Assembly: GCA_040285825.1 (NCBI GenBank)
Contig: JAUPSS010000004.1
Location: forward strand, 4,865,784-4,929,783
Source: Eukaryota sp. TZLM1-RC
Taxonomy: Eukaryota; Protista; Metamonada: BaSk clade
Direction of reading: 5' to 3'
Length of the DNA stretch: 64,000 bases
Shown: positions 21,450 to 34,128 of the stretch, one piece after another
How the letters are laid out: each line of letters opens with the position of its first letter
Numbering within the stretch: position 1 is the stretch's first letter
Program-made: the position numbers and the translations under genes
Notes under the pieces: model-generated
The model's input: only the letters and a program-made list of their open reading frames with translations
Databases searched by the model: none
Told to the model about the DNA's origin: nothing

Positions 21450-22323
21450 GGGAGAAAAGTGAGAAGTTGGATCTGAAAAAATGAACTTAAATTGTACTTC
21501 AACTATCTTTTTTTTAAATACTGTTATTTATCCCGACAAACACAAACTATACGACAAGGTTAAAATTCTATGTCTTCATAACCCAAATCAGCAAAGAAGA
21601 ATTAACTGGAAGTTTTTCTTTCATAAAAGCGTCCAAGAGATAACAAAGCTGAAGATAATAAGGGAACAACACCCTTGAAAATTGAAAATACAATTCTGTT
21701 TTGCCAAAAACTCTTGTCAAAAACTCTCCCAGTACGTTTTTTCACAATTTCAACAAAATCATCCAGAAAAGATAAAGCAAGAGGTCCAAGCGTTCCATAA
21801 AAGGAAACTGCAAAAGGATAGAGGACATAATGAGTATGAGATTCTGTATTCAAGAATAACAATTTTGCTTTGTATTTGTCGATTTTGGCTTTTTCGGCAT
21901 CAGTTAAGGGGTCTTTACATTTTGATTGAGCCAATGGAATAAAGCAATCATTACAGACATCAGTGGATCTCACATCTGTAATAATGGTAGTTCCTTCAAG
22001 ACCTTCAAGCATTAAATCACCTCTATTTCGACCAAACAAATTCAAAGTATCTTCATCAACCAAACGGGAAAGTAATGGTTCTAAATAAGAAACAATTCTA
22101 TGTGATTTTGACATATAATAGAGTTGATCTCCTACCGCATCATGAACTTTTGATCGGAAAGTAATAAAGTGTTTATGATGGTCTTGGCTGTTGGTTATTG
22201 TCTGACATACAATGTAGAGTAACAGAAGTGTAATTTATTACGAAGAGAAATTGTATTCTCTCTTCTTAAGCTAACAGGCGGAATACTAATAACTAAACTA
22301 TTAACTATAAATACTATTCAAGA

Positions 22324-25300
22324 CTAACACTGCCTTTTCCTCTCTTTCGAGCGACGAGCCCTGGAAGCTCTAGTCACAGGAGGTGAACTAATGGAAATAT
22401 GACGCTTCTTGGGAGGAGCGGATTTAGTACGGCGACGTGCTTTTGAAGTCTTGATAAAGTCTTTATACGCGGCAGTATTTTGGATTGTAGACACATGTTC
22501 GGTGGTGATCTCTTTTCCAGGCCATTGCACTTGGCAAAAGTCACCATCCTGACTGAGCACTTTTTCAATGATGTGTTCTTCGACATCACCTGCAGCGACC
22601 CAAGAGTGGAACTCATCGTTGGTGGGCAAGCTGGAGTGCCAGGGAGCTAAGTGTTTGACGCTAGCTTGGACAATCGTACCTGTGCAGAGATTCTTAATAT
22701 TCACAGACGAATTGGATACGATTTCAGTAATTAGGAAGGGTCCTAAATAGTCTCCATGAAGCTTAGCGGAAGAGCCAGATGCTCTCAATACCAATTGACC
22801 AACTTCAAAAGGGTTTGGAGTTGACGATCTTGTTAGCTTGGAAGCTTTGGAAGCTTGATGGTGTGCTGCCTTTTCCTGTTTCTCTTTCAATCTTCGAAAT
22901 TTAGATTGAATTTCTTGAATAAAAGATGACTCAGACGTCGAGCTTTCAATGATTTCAAGGATTTTGCCAGGGTCTGATCTGGGAGACACATCTGAGCCAA
23001 AAGATCACTTGGTATGGAGTGTGGTTGGTTATTGAGCTCTTGGAAGAGTTGATCAATAATTGCACATAAGGCAAGTATTCAGACCACACATCGTAGGCAT
23101 TGAAGTCTACGAGCAATTTCCGTAGGTTTTGCAGGATGTCTCTGTGTCGGCGCTCTACCAAGCCGTTGGACGGAGAAAACCTAGGTATTGACTTTGACAC
23201 CTCTATGCCCAAAAATTTGCTTAACTCGTCAAAGACAGCCTTGGAAAATTCGGGTCCATTATCGCTGTGGATTTGAAATGGAATACCAAAGATGGCACAG
23301 ACTTTCCAAATTAATGCATCTGCAGTAAGATTGGCATTTATCTCTTTTAAAGGCACGATGATCGTGAACCTAGAGAAGCTGTCGATAAATACGAGGATGT
23401 ATTTGTAGCCTTCTTGATCTTCTGGAAGAGGACCAATGACGTCGGCGTTGACGCGAGCAAAAGGTCTGTCAGCCCACAATGAACCGGTTGGGGGAACATG
23501 CAGTTTGGGAACTGGCTTTGTTTTCTGACAGGAGGGGCATTCTTGGACGTGCTTATTCATGTCGGTGAGCATGTTTGGCCACCAATAATCGCTGTTCCTG
23601 AGCTTGTTCAGGCTTTCAGCTTTGCTTGGATGACCTCCTTGCAGAAGTCCATGCAACAAGTTAAGGGTGTCCTTAATGAGTGATTTGGGAATCACTATCT
23701 TGTTGTCGTGAGTCATATATAAATCAAGATGATTGTTATGAACACAGTTGTTGAAAGAGGGGTCTTTGGAAGCTATGGCAAGCTTCTGTTCGGACCTAAT
23801 CCTACAGAGCCATGGCTCGAAAATAGGCAGGTCGTTGGAACATCGTTCTCTGATGACCATGATACGTTCGAAGTTGTTTAAGTCTTCGATGTAGTATCTT
23901 TCATTTTCTGTTCCATCAATTTTATCAATGTAAAATATTGGATGAAAATTTGGAGGCATTTGATGGGACAAATGATTGATCTCTTCATGGTCTATAGGCG
24001 GAACTATTCGAGACAACATATCAGCCCAGAAGTTATCTTCCCCTTTGGTATGTACCAAATCAAAGCAGAATTCAGAGAATATGGGTAACCATCTTGTTAC
24101 AATTCTGTTCTTCTCAGGAGCCGTGAACATGTAGGTAAGGTTTTGATGGTCTGTGAATATAACCAGTTTCCTTCCTTTCAAGTAGTTTTCAAAACCACTT
24201 TGAGTTAACATGAGTAGGATAGCGTAGAGTTCCTTTTGGTTAGTCGGCCAGTTCTTTTGCGAGTTGGTTAACAACCGGCTGAAGAAGCTGATAGGCCTAC
24301 ATTTCCTATTGATCAGGGGGGTACCGGGGTCGTCGACTTGTTCGATTTGTTCCCATATGACGCCGCCTACAGCAATGTCGGATGCATCGCAACTAATTAA
24401 AATTTGGTTTTCCTGCGGAGGTAGGCTGAGCGGCATGTGTTTCGCTATCAGTTGTTTGATCTTTTGAAGGAGTCCGTCGTGCATGTCGGTCCATTGAAGG
24501 CGTTGCGCGCGGGGTTTGGGTTTAACTTTGGAGTTATTTCCATCCTTCTTAGTCAATCTGATGATAGGAGCGATGAGCTCAGATACCTGAGGAAGCCATT
24601 CTCTAATGAAGTTGACTGATCCTACGAGGCTGCGGACGTCTTTGATTGTCTTTGGTCTAGGTAGATTCAGCAAAGATTCAACGCGAGTGGGATCGATAGT
24701 CCGTTGCTTGTTTTGGAAAACACTGCCCAGTATCTTGATTGGGTGTCTGGAAGACACGAAATGGCACTTTGGAAGTCCCAAGGAAACTCTTTTGCATCTG
24801 GCTTGATCAAGGACGCGACGGAGGCGTTCAATGAATTCGTCAAAGGTTGAACCTATGATTATGATGTCATCTATGTAAATGAAGGCACCGTCTCCAGAGA
24901 AGATGTCAGCCATGACGTTTTGGAAAACGGCTGGGACATTCTTTAGGCCAAAAGCTGCACGTTTGAACATGATACTTTTGCCAGGAATGCTCAGGGCTGT
25001 TTTCTGCCAATCCTTTTCAGCAATTTTGAGTTGCCAGAAGGCTTTGGGGAGGTCAAGGGTGCCTATGTAGTTCGCTTGGGAGAGAAATACCAGCACGTCG
25101 GAGATCCTTGGAAGGTTGGGCTCAACAGGAATGGTGTTGGCGTTGACTCCGTCCTTGCCACTATAGTCACCGGTAAGGCGGGGCTTACGGTGATCTGGGT
25201 AGACCACTAGACAGACAGGGGAGCTGAACTCATGGTTCGATGGGACAGCAAATCCTGAGTCTACGAGTTCGTCGAAAATTTGGTTAGCGACCTCTAACCT

Positions 25301-28246
25301 GGCTGGATTCAGGGTCCTGGGGGGTCTTCTAACTCTGACGTCTTCGTTGTAGAAGTTGATTTCCATGGGAGGGCAATCAATACCTTCAGCATGAGGCTTG
25401 AGGGTAAATACGTCTTCGAACTCTTTCAAAGTTTGAAGTAGGGACTTCTTGAAATGGTTGTTGTCGAGGTTGATGGTACAACCAGATGAGTTGATGTGTT
25501 CCAACCAACGTGTGGAAACGTTGACGACTTCTGAAGCTTGCGATATTCGATGGTCGAATTCGGCTTCAGGTAATAGTAATGTGCGACAGGCGTCGTCCAT
25601 TCTAATATAAATGCCCTTGTTGTTCATCAGCCCAAGGTGACTCAACAAGTCAGCACCAATGAGAATGGTCTCATGTCCAGGAACGATGCTGAACTTGTGT
25701 TTCACGTGTACAATCTGGGTAACACTACCTAGTCTAATGCTAAGGGTTCCAGAAGCAGTACCAAGGGACTGTGAGGTAGTTCCATCAGCAATCTTGTATG
25801 AAATGGTTTCGTTGGAACGTGCCATGTTACAATTACTGATGACGTCTTCCGTGACTACTGAGCATGTTGCACCAGAGTCAATTATGCCTTTAACTTCGAC
25901 ATTGTTGATCAGGAAGTTTAATTGTAGGCAGTTGTGATTCATGGATTGTACCATAAAAATTGTATCAGAATCATGTCCATTTAAGTCGGCTTGTTCTGAG
26001 AAGAAGTGAGCCTGACTGTTGAGTGTCTTGGTAGGTTCCAAGTTGGCAAGTGGATTGATAAGAGAATCTTTCCATGCTGAACTTTCTGTGTGTAGTTGTG
26101 TTGTTGTTGTAGGGGGTATGGTTTCTAAAGTACATAAATAGTGACGGGAACGTTTATTGTAAGAAGAGCCTCTGCCTCTGCCGCGAGTACCTCTTCGACT
26201 ACGGAAACCAGAACCTCTAGAACTTCTACCTCGAGCTTGTTGTTGAGCTTGTTGCTCTCTCCACTTCTTGCTCCTTTGGCAGTCTTCGCTGGGGCACCTT
26301 TCGGTCGGATGGCCCTTTTTCTTACAGAAGTTGCATTGGACATCAGCGGCCTGGGAAGACGATTGTGGTAGGCTTCCTCCTCTCTTACTTTGTTTTGGGC
26401 GTTTACCTGGACCAGAACCTCGTGGTCTGGGGATGTCAGGTGGGGAGGGAACGACCGTGGGAGGTCGGCGAGAGGCCTGCTGATGAGTTAATTGGTTCTG
26501 ATAGGTGAAATCGACATGGTTCAGTTGTTCCATGAACGATCTGGCGTTACAGAAATTCTCGTATTCAATTTGAAGAACACTAAAGAATTCGCCAAGGGTG
26601 TGCCCATCGCATGAGTAGTGGGAGGGAGAGGACCAGATCCTGAGGAGTCTGTCTCTGATAGGGATAATTCCTACGCTTTCTAAGACATGAGTAGCAACTA
26701 CCCAGTCTGGAAGTCTATCAGCTGGAGGAGTGGAGCTTATGGAGAATGTTCTCAATTGTTGAGAGATGCCCCTAAACTCTTGGATGGCGGTGGAGCGAGT
26801 CAAAACTCTGCCCATGTTGACCATGAAGTCAATCCATCTATTGCCATAATCTCTTTCCGACCAGTCCATGTTGGTTGCGAGGAGAGCTCGATTGGCCTCA
26901 TCCAGTCTGCTGAATTGGGTTCTTCTTAGAATTTGAGCCCAAATGATGCGTTCATCTCTTGAGGTAGGAACCGTGGGAGAAGAGATAGCTAGGTGAGCAC
27001 CTTGGTATCGTAGCGCATTTAACACCTCGGGGGTGACACATTCAGCGAGGCCTCGGGGGTTGATCCTCATGGCTTGACGGAACAAGTCCCATTCGTGAAC
27101 TGGTTCTCCAGTGATGTTACCAAAATACTCATCGATCGATGGTTGGGAACCTTCTCTAGCTAGTTCTAATTCTTCACGTAGTCTGGCAACTTCGTTAGCT
27201 AGAGCTATCTGGGCTGGATCCTCAACATTACCTCTCGTTTCTCTTAGGACTCGGTCGGTACGACTCCAGAGAATGAATTTGTTGACAAACTTTAGGAGTT
27301 TATCAGCGTCTCTCAAATCAGAAGCTTCAAGATATGGACGTTTAGGACGGTCCCTACGTCTGTCATCTCGATCTCTTGATCCAATCATTGAAGAGAGGAG
27401 AAGGCTACTTTCGTATGTGCCCGAGAAGGGTGAATGATGTGAGGAAATGGAGGATGTTGAACCTGTTGTGGAAGGTGTAGGCAGGGGTTGAGGAGCTCGA
27501 CTAACGGGAGTGATGGGAGCAGGTACCGCATCAGAAGATGTGGTGGGGGTGGGTGATTCACTGCTCACAGTGACAACGTCGTCGTCAGCTTGTTCCATAG
27601 CAGATTGGTTGGGGTTAGAGGTTTTCGTGACAGGAAATGAATCAGTTTCCATGGGAGGTTGTGGTGATTCAGGAGGTTGAGCGGAGGAAGATGGAGCTTC
27701 ACTCTGTTGAGGTTCAGGGGAAGGTACTGTCTCTTCGATCTGGGCTGGAACCTGATAAGAAGAGATCGCTGGTTGAACCAAGCGTGTTTTCTCTATACGA
27801 CCTTCTACCATTACCCACTTTAACATCCTGGATTCTATGCATCCAGGGAAAACGGTGACGAGCTGGAGGGCTCTTTGAAGATTGCCAGATCTTCTGTGGT
27901 CGGGACCACAATATGACGCTATATGATCAGGACGTCTATCATATAGAAAGAGTCTTTCACCATATGTGGTTTCGGTAAACCACCACCCTGTTCTATAATC
28001 TCTGTCGATAAGGATATCGAGAGATGCGTTGTACCCAGGGCTGAACCTAGGGTATGGGCAAGGGTTGTGAACGTTTATGAAGAGGTTGTCTTCATCTCCA
28101 GCGAAGCGTCTGAATACTCCTTCTCGAGTAGTTCTCATGAACCTAACTCCGGGTCTTGGTTCATAAGTTGGTTCAGGGTCATTCCTGGAGGTTTCTGGGG
28201 TGATCCTTTCATCGGAAAGAAATGGACCAATTCTGGAGAGATCCAT
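22324..28246 (-). CDS. Gag-Pol polyprotein of element 2 (one extra base in A4 at 22999-23002 separates the integrase C-terminus/chromodomain)
   Basis: CNFCKKKGHPTERC, IDSGA, LDLPKAF, YIDD, CDASD..KELY..TDH..DMLSR, H..H..CPSC, D-D-E, GPF, EEHIIEKVL..VQWPG. Deleting one T restores IFGSDVSPRSDP, matching element 1. Confidence 0.92.
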
Positions 28247-29460
28247 ATTCCTAAGTCGTTCTCGACTTTGGGGCCGTAGAAAGGAGGACGCTTGTTGCTC
28301 ATCTCCGTGGGAGGGATGGCCTCTGGGTCCTCTGGAATGACTCGTGTGTCCCTATATCTAGCGTAAGGGTTGTGCTGGCGGGAAGCACCATGATGAACAC
28401 TTGAGCTAGCGTAGGAGCTAGTTTGAGAAGGGGTAAGTTGAGCAGGTGTAGAGGATGTTCCTCTTCTAGCCTGTAACTCTCTTTCCAATCTGTTCTTGAG
28501 TTTCCAGATTCGATCTTCATGGAAGTAACGTTCTAAATATTTTTTAGAAACCTCACCAGTTTCTCTATCAATTTCAGGAACATGTTCCGTGGGAGGAACC
28601 GGAGGTTGAGCTGTGTGAGAAAATTCCCTGGGAGGTTCCTCATAGTCAACCAGATCTGAAAATAATAGTTCATACCTCTTCCTTTGCTCTTCGGAAAGAT
28701 GCGAAGGAAAATTTGGTGTGCTAGGAGTGGAATCTCTAGCCTGGGGAGGGGAAACAGACAGATTGTTAACTCCTCTTACTGTTGATGTAGTAAGAGGAGA
28801 TCCTGAAGTTGGGACAGCAGGATTTTGAACAGTTCTCCTAACAGTTGGAACTGGAGGGAGAAGCTGTTGAGAGTGAGAGGGTGGGACCTCAGAACTAGAT
28901 AAAAGGGATGAAGATGGTACTTCAATGGCCTTAGTGGAGGAGGAAGAGGGTTGATCTTCCAATCCTTCCTTTGACGTGAGAGAAGGTTGAACAGTCTCTC
29001 TGTTCTGAATAGAAGGTGAAGTTGGTACTTCAGAACTTCTTTCTGGGAGGGGAGAAGGTGGGACTTCAGACGCCCTTAAATGTGAAGGAGGAAGAGGAGC
29101 AACGGAATCCTCAACATCTTCATCGTCGTAGGAGACTAATGAAGGGCTTCTTCCTTCCGAAGGAATAGAATCCTTAGGAGGGTTGTCTCCTTCCACAGGA
29201 ACGGAATCCCGAGGAGAGGAACTTCCTTCCATGGGAACGGAATCCTCAGGAAGGGAACTATCTTCCTTTGGGGTAGAACCCTCGGGAAGAGTTGCTTCAG
29301 GAAGCGCAGAAGCTTCAACCGAAGAAGGAGGCACGGAAGCAGAGTCTGTGGTTAGTGGTGGTGAGGAAGAGGGACCAGTCTCTTCCTCAAGGATCCTACG
29401 TCGAGCCTCTGGGGACCCAATACGTATTGATGGTCTTGGCTGTTGGTTATTGTCTGACAT
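28135..29460 (-). CDS. Upstream S/P/E-rich ORF of element 2, starting inside the 5' LTR
   Basis: 441-aa open frame; ATG at 29460 lies within the LTR; overlaps gag-pol by 112 nt in the -1 frame. Confidence 0.65.
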   Translation of the reverse strand: MSDNNQQPRPSIRIGSPEARRRILEEETGPSSSPPLTTDSASVPPSSVEASALPEATLPEGSTPKEDSSLPEDSVPMEGSSSPRDSVPVEGDNPPKDSIPSEGRSPSLVSYDDEDVEDSVAPLPPSHLRASEVPPSPLPERSSEVPTSPSIQNRETVQPSLTSKEGLEDQPSSSSTKAIEVPSSSLLSSSEVPPSHSQQLLPPVPTVRRTVQNPAVPTSGSPLTTSTVRGVNNLSVSPPQARDSTPSTPNFPSHLSEEQRKRYELLFSDLVDYEEPPREFSHTAQPPVPPTEHVPEIDRETGEVSKKYLERYFHEDRIWKLKNRLERELQARRGTSSTPAQLTPSQTSSYASSSVHHGASRQHNPYARYRDTRVIPEDPEAIPPTEMSNKRPPFYGPKVENDLGIWISPELVHFFPMKGSPQKPPGMTLNQLMNQDPELGS

Positions 29461-32400
29461 ACAATGTAGAGTAACAGAAGTGTAATTTATTACGAAGAGA
29501 AATTGTATTCTCTCTTCTTAAGCTAACAGGCGGAATACTAATAACTAAACTATTAACTATAAATACTATTCAAGACTAACATTTACAATTGAATAAATGA
29601 TTTGGAGAAATTTTTGATCCACATTTACAAATTAAATTATGAGGCACGTTATCAGGCCATAAAACAACGACGGCGCATTGTGCAAGATAATTCGGTATCA
29701 TTTAAAAGAAGACCATAAATTTGAGGAATCTGAGTAATTAAACACGAAGAGGAACTGTTTTGGGCATTTAACAAAAAATTTGCGAAAGCGGGACTATCTT
29801 TTTTGGCCGAGCCAAGTCGAACAATAAAATCCAAGACCCTTCAAAAAAAATTTGTTAACTTTTGTTGCAATTTTTTAACACAATACCTCAAATTAACTAG
29901 TGTTCTAGATGGTATTTTTTGCACATTGTCGGGAAAACATTTACTCCGAAATTCAGAGGGCAAACAATCAAGAGCATTTTGTAGGTCTCTAAGAAAATTA
30001 TTGCTTGTAAAAGTCAATAAATTAACATAATTGGGAAAACGGTTGCAAAATTCAAAAACAAAAATTTTCCTTCCACCAAGAAAAGCAGCCTGACAGAGAA
30101 TAGACGATTTGGTGAAATTAATTCCACCAAAATTAGATCATGAAAATTGATGACTTCGAATTAGTTCAGGATTGACATCAATCAAAGATGCAAAAAATTT
30201 TGTTCTCAAATAGTTAAATGAGCGGGAAAACTCACGTGAAATATCAGGAGATGTTGCTCTCAAAATGTGAGTAGTTTTACCGGAGTAGCAAATTTTTCAG
30301 ATAAAGAACTTAATATGTTTCTCAATTTCAAATGACGAAATTGTGTCAAGTTCATAACCCAATTTCATCAAAAAAATTATTCAATTCTTCAATAATTTTT
30401 GGAACATTTCCAAGGCACCATCCTAGGAAACGAAAAGCATCTGAGGAATAGTCAAGGAAAGGAATTTCAACACCATCAATGGTTAATCTATCTTCTACCT
30501 TTCCTATGAGGAGACATTTGTCGGCATTAAGCAAAAGACCAATATCTCTGTAAAACAGTGAGGCTTCAGAAGCAATTTCATTTAAAACATTTGATGGACC
30601 AATAATTGAGTTATCATCCAAGTATCCTACTATCTTCAACATCGGAAAGCGATTACTGCAATGAATCAAAGACTTGTGAATTGCTAAACAGAAGAGCAAT
30701 GGCCCAAGGGGATCACCTTGCTTAACTGCAGAACACGAAAATAAAGTATAAGATCCATAAATTAGTTCACTGGTCTTACCATAAAATAGATAAAAATAGC
30801 TAGATAATTCTGAAAATTCTTTGTGGGTAACATCATAAACTGCACTCCGATGTACAGAATTGAAAGCATTCTTAAAATCTAAATCGAAAATATAATTCTG
30901 ATTATTAGAACTAAAAAATAGAACAGAAGTCAATGCAGCAACTGATGCACCATCAATTGTTCTAATCCCAAATTGAAAAGGTGCTAAAAATTTTGCAGCC
31001 TTGGAAGCAACACGATAAAACACAATTGAAGCAAAAAGACGAGTAATTGATTTGCCAATAGCAATTGGACGAATTCCATCTGGCTTCTTACCATTTCCAG
31101 GTTTTACCAAGGCAATCAATCGAGCAGCTACTAATTCAGTCGGAGGAATGGTATTGAGACAAACCATATTTTGAAAATATTCTGCAAGATCGTCACATAT
31201 TTCTGGAGCTTTCCTGCAAGCGGATTTCAAAATATCAAAGGAAATACCAGATGAAACTGCTGCTTTACCTTTGGGAAGATGGTTGATCGCAGTCTGTACT
31301 TCAGATGAATTAATCGGAGCATCAGTCCAAAGCTTACAAATTTTTGGCTTCGGCCAACAGAAATTTTCCACAGGATGAAGATTTTTCAATTTTCTCATTG
31401 TGTCATCATAAGGCTCAGTGAATTCAGAGGAGAAAATAGATTTTTTAGCTGAACCATAACGGCCTCTGAGACACATTTTTCTTACCAATTTGGTTTTTTC
31501 AGTATAACAAAACAAATTTTTCAGTATTAAGTTCCTCACTATTTTTTAATTTTTTCTTACACGTCAAAATTTTATGTGACGAATCACCACAATAACTACA
31601 TCTATAAACTCTCTTCTTTCTTGATAGTTTATCAGGATGCGTAGCAGAAGTAAAAGAAGAATTTTTCATTGAAACTCTGGTTTTTTGGGATCTTGAAATG
31701 GTGTTTTGACTTACGGTAGAACGATCTGTAGGCACCTGAGATAACTTGGAATGATTTCTGAAAAAATGATTTTTTGGTGATGTTAATTTCGAATTTTTTT
31801 TACTCGAAAATGAAGAAAAAGAAAGTGGTGTAAGAAAAGGGGATGAGTGAGGCGAAGATCGAACCATCACGGAACCGGCTACGAAAATCTGCGTCATGAT
31901 CCCACTCAGGTGAACTGAATGCCTGATGCATCTTTAAAGCCATAAAAACAAGTACACCAGCGAGCGAAAAACAGGGGGGGTATGAAGGGTGGGAGGGAAA
32001 AAAGTTCAACTGTCAGGTGCTAATAATGTGGGTCTCCATTTCCCAAAATGCCCTTTCTTACTCTTGACATTGTTTCAAATAACGATTTATTTAAATCAAA
32101 AATCAATGCTTTTTGAGGACACCAGGCTTTTATCGAGAATAATTGAAGTGTGTATAAATTGAAGAACATTATGAATTATCACGTCCACATTTGGTCTTTT
32201 GTTTTTTTAAATTTCATTTAATAAAGAGATCATCAACGTTTTGAGCCAAAAATTTGTGTCCAAGACACTACTAACATACCTTGAAAAACGAAATGTTAGA
32301 ATATCGTTAGTATAATGGGTACAAACAAGCTAACAGCTTTGAATTTTCATTTAAAATTTGAGAAAAGATCAGACCGAAATCAAGATTTGAATCTACAACT

Positions 32401-32538
32401 TTGTAGATTCTGTGTGTCAAATATTGAAGTATGAACATGCCAAGGTAATTACATGAGATCTATTCGAACTCAATTCAAAAGAACGATTCTGGAAAAAGCA
32501 AGAAAAGACAAATGAAATCAAAAGGGGGAAAATGAAAA

Positions 32539-32733
32539 AATGTTAAGCCACATCGAGTACCTAATCCACATCATGGTCCGAGAGCAAAAACTCCAAAAGT
32601 CCTTGGATTTTTGTTACCCACTCGCAAGTAGTGTGGCTGCCTTTGGAAGCCTATTTTCCATGCTGTTGTCAATATGATCAATGTCCTAGATGAATATCTC
32701 AAAGGAAATGAAAGAACTCAAGTTTTCAACTGC
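32539..32733 (+). pseudogene. Decayed Fanzor/TnpB-like C-terminal fragment
   Basis: HRVPNP..RAKTPKVL..CGCLW..AVVNMINVLDEYLKGNERTQVF, clearly homologous to 49840-50150. Confidence 0.6.
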
Positions 32734-32920
32734 GTTATATGGTTATGTAGAGTACCCAAAAATATGCTAAACTCCAACATCTTCCATTCCTCCACTAACT
32801 TTTTTCTTTTTGCTTTGTTATTCAATGGGTCATTCAATGGGTGATTCTGACCCAGTCAATATGTGGAAATGGCTGGTGATAAAATCTTTCAATTGATGAT
32901 TGTTTTTCAATTTCATAATG

Positions 32921-34128
32921 ACATTATGGCGGTTTAGGGTGGACGAAGGCTTCTATCCTTACTTTGTGTGCTTTTATTAGTGGATGCAGAAATGCAATCT
33001 TTGAGTTTTCTGAAAGATTTGACGATTGGGAAGATTTATTAATGACAACACAAAGTTCCACTGTTTTTGCATTAAATGAAGAGATTTCAAAAATTGATGT
33101 AGAAAAATGGAGTCGATGCTTTCCCCAATCATTCAATGGCAATATTCCAGTAAAGAATCTTTTAAATTTAAAATACTTTCATTGAACATTACAGAAACGA
33201 TTGACTGGAATGTATGAAAATGATCTTTATAATAATATTTGCAGCTCGGCTGTTTTAAATCAAGATCTTCACTCATTGTTATTGGAAAGGGGTGTTTGTG
33301 ATAACCAGTCATCAGATTCTTCACTGTTTGTAACCATTGTACCACGAAGATTTGAACTGTGTGCAATTAATGAAGCGTTTGTAACAAAAATGAGATCATA
33401 TTTGAATATCCCCATAAATCAATTTTTATTGAAACAAAAGGGTACTTGTTTGAATTCACCACAACTTACTTTGGGAAATGTTCTGACTTGTTCTAAATTG
33501 ATAACTTATCGCTCTTCATTGCATGATGCTGTTAGAGACACTGTTTTTAATATGGCACAATCTGCAAGAATATCGTGTATCAAAGGGCCTCTGCTGAAGG
33601 AAACATTTTCTCTGAATAATTTTGGTTCTGATGATAGAGGTGATGTATACTGTGATTGGATTGATAACTCTGAATCTATTGTTGACTTTGTCTCATGTAA
33701 TGTTGCAAATGATACTTTGGTTCACAGAAGAAAACTTAATCCTGTAAGCGCTCTTGATTTTTAAGCAAAAGAAAAACACACAAAATATGATAAAAATATT
33801 GAAGAAGCTAATGCTGGTGGAAATACACAGCTAGTCTTTATTGCTTCCCCATTTTCGATAAACGGAAGATTATCAGTAGAAGCAGAAACTTTTTTGAATG
33901 ACTTCCAAAAACTGGTTTAAGAAAAAACAATGAAAAGATTTGGAATTTGCTGATGGCGTTCTCGAATTCAATTTGCCATTATTAATAGATTACCTCGGTT
34001 TTCAATCGAATAAGAGAAGCTTTAGCTAGACAGCAAGCAGATCAAGATTCTGTAGAGGAAATCTTGGTTCATTGAGTTTTGTCCAATTAGTTATGAGTTT
34101 ATATTGTTAAGTGTGTAAGTTTAATAAA
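32921..34128 (+). mobile_element. 5'-truncated CRE-like non-LTR copy (family A)
   Basis: Highly similar to 18156-19326 and 61640-62830; same 3' UTR. Confidence 0.88.

Larger units (their letters stand above)
22176..29581 (-). mobile_element. Nearly intact Ty3/Gypsy chromovirus-like LTR retrotransposon, element 2 (7406 bp)
   Basis: Identical 154-bp LTRs (22176-22329, 29428-29581) with TG..CA ends, TSD TTTA (22172-22175, 29582-29585), PPT GAAAGAGAGGAAAAGG. Confidence 0.97.
21508..32004 (-). mobile_element. Near full-length CRE-like RLE non-LTR retrotransposon (~3.1 kb), split by LTR element 2
   Basis: N-terminal CSYCGDSSHKILTC knuckle; RT (30352-31539: RPIAIG, DFKNAFNSV, KQGDPLGPLLF, YLDD); CKC..H..C finger rejoined across the LTR insertion; RLE at 21602-22114. 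A8 tail and a candidate 10-bp TSD (21498-21507 / 32005-32014, 9/10). Confidence 0.8.

Noticed and set aside
22999-23002. Programmed frameshift before the integrase C-terminus
   Set aside because: It is one extra base in a homopolymer, and the homologous position in element 1 is in frame (MFGSSISP). A mutation or sequencing error is more likely.
29428-29581. Tf1-type self-priming via the R region
   Set aside because: No complement of the PBS was found within any of the three LTR sequences.
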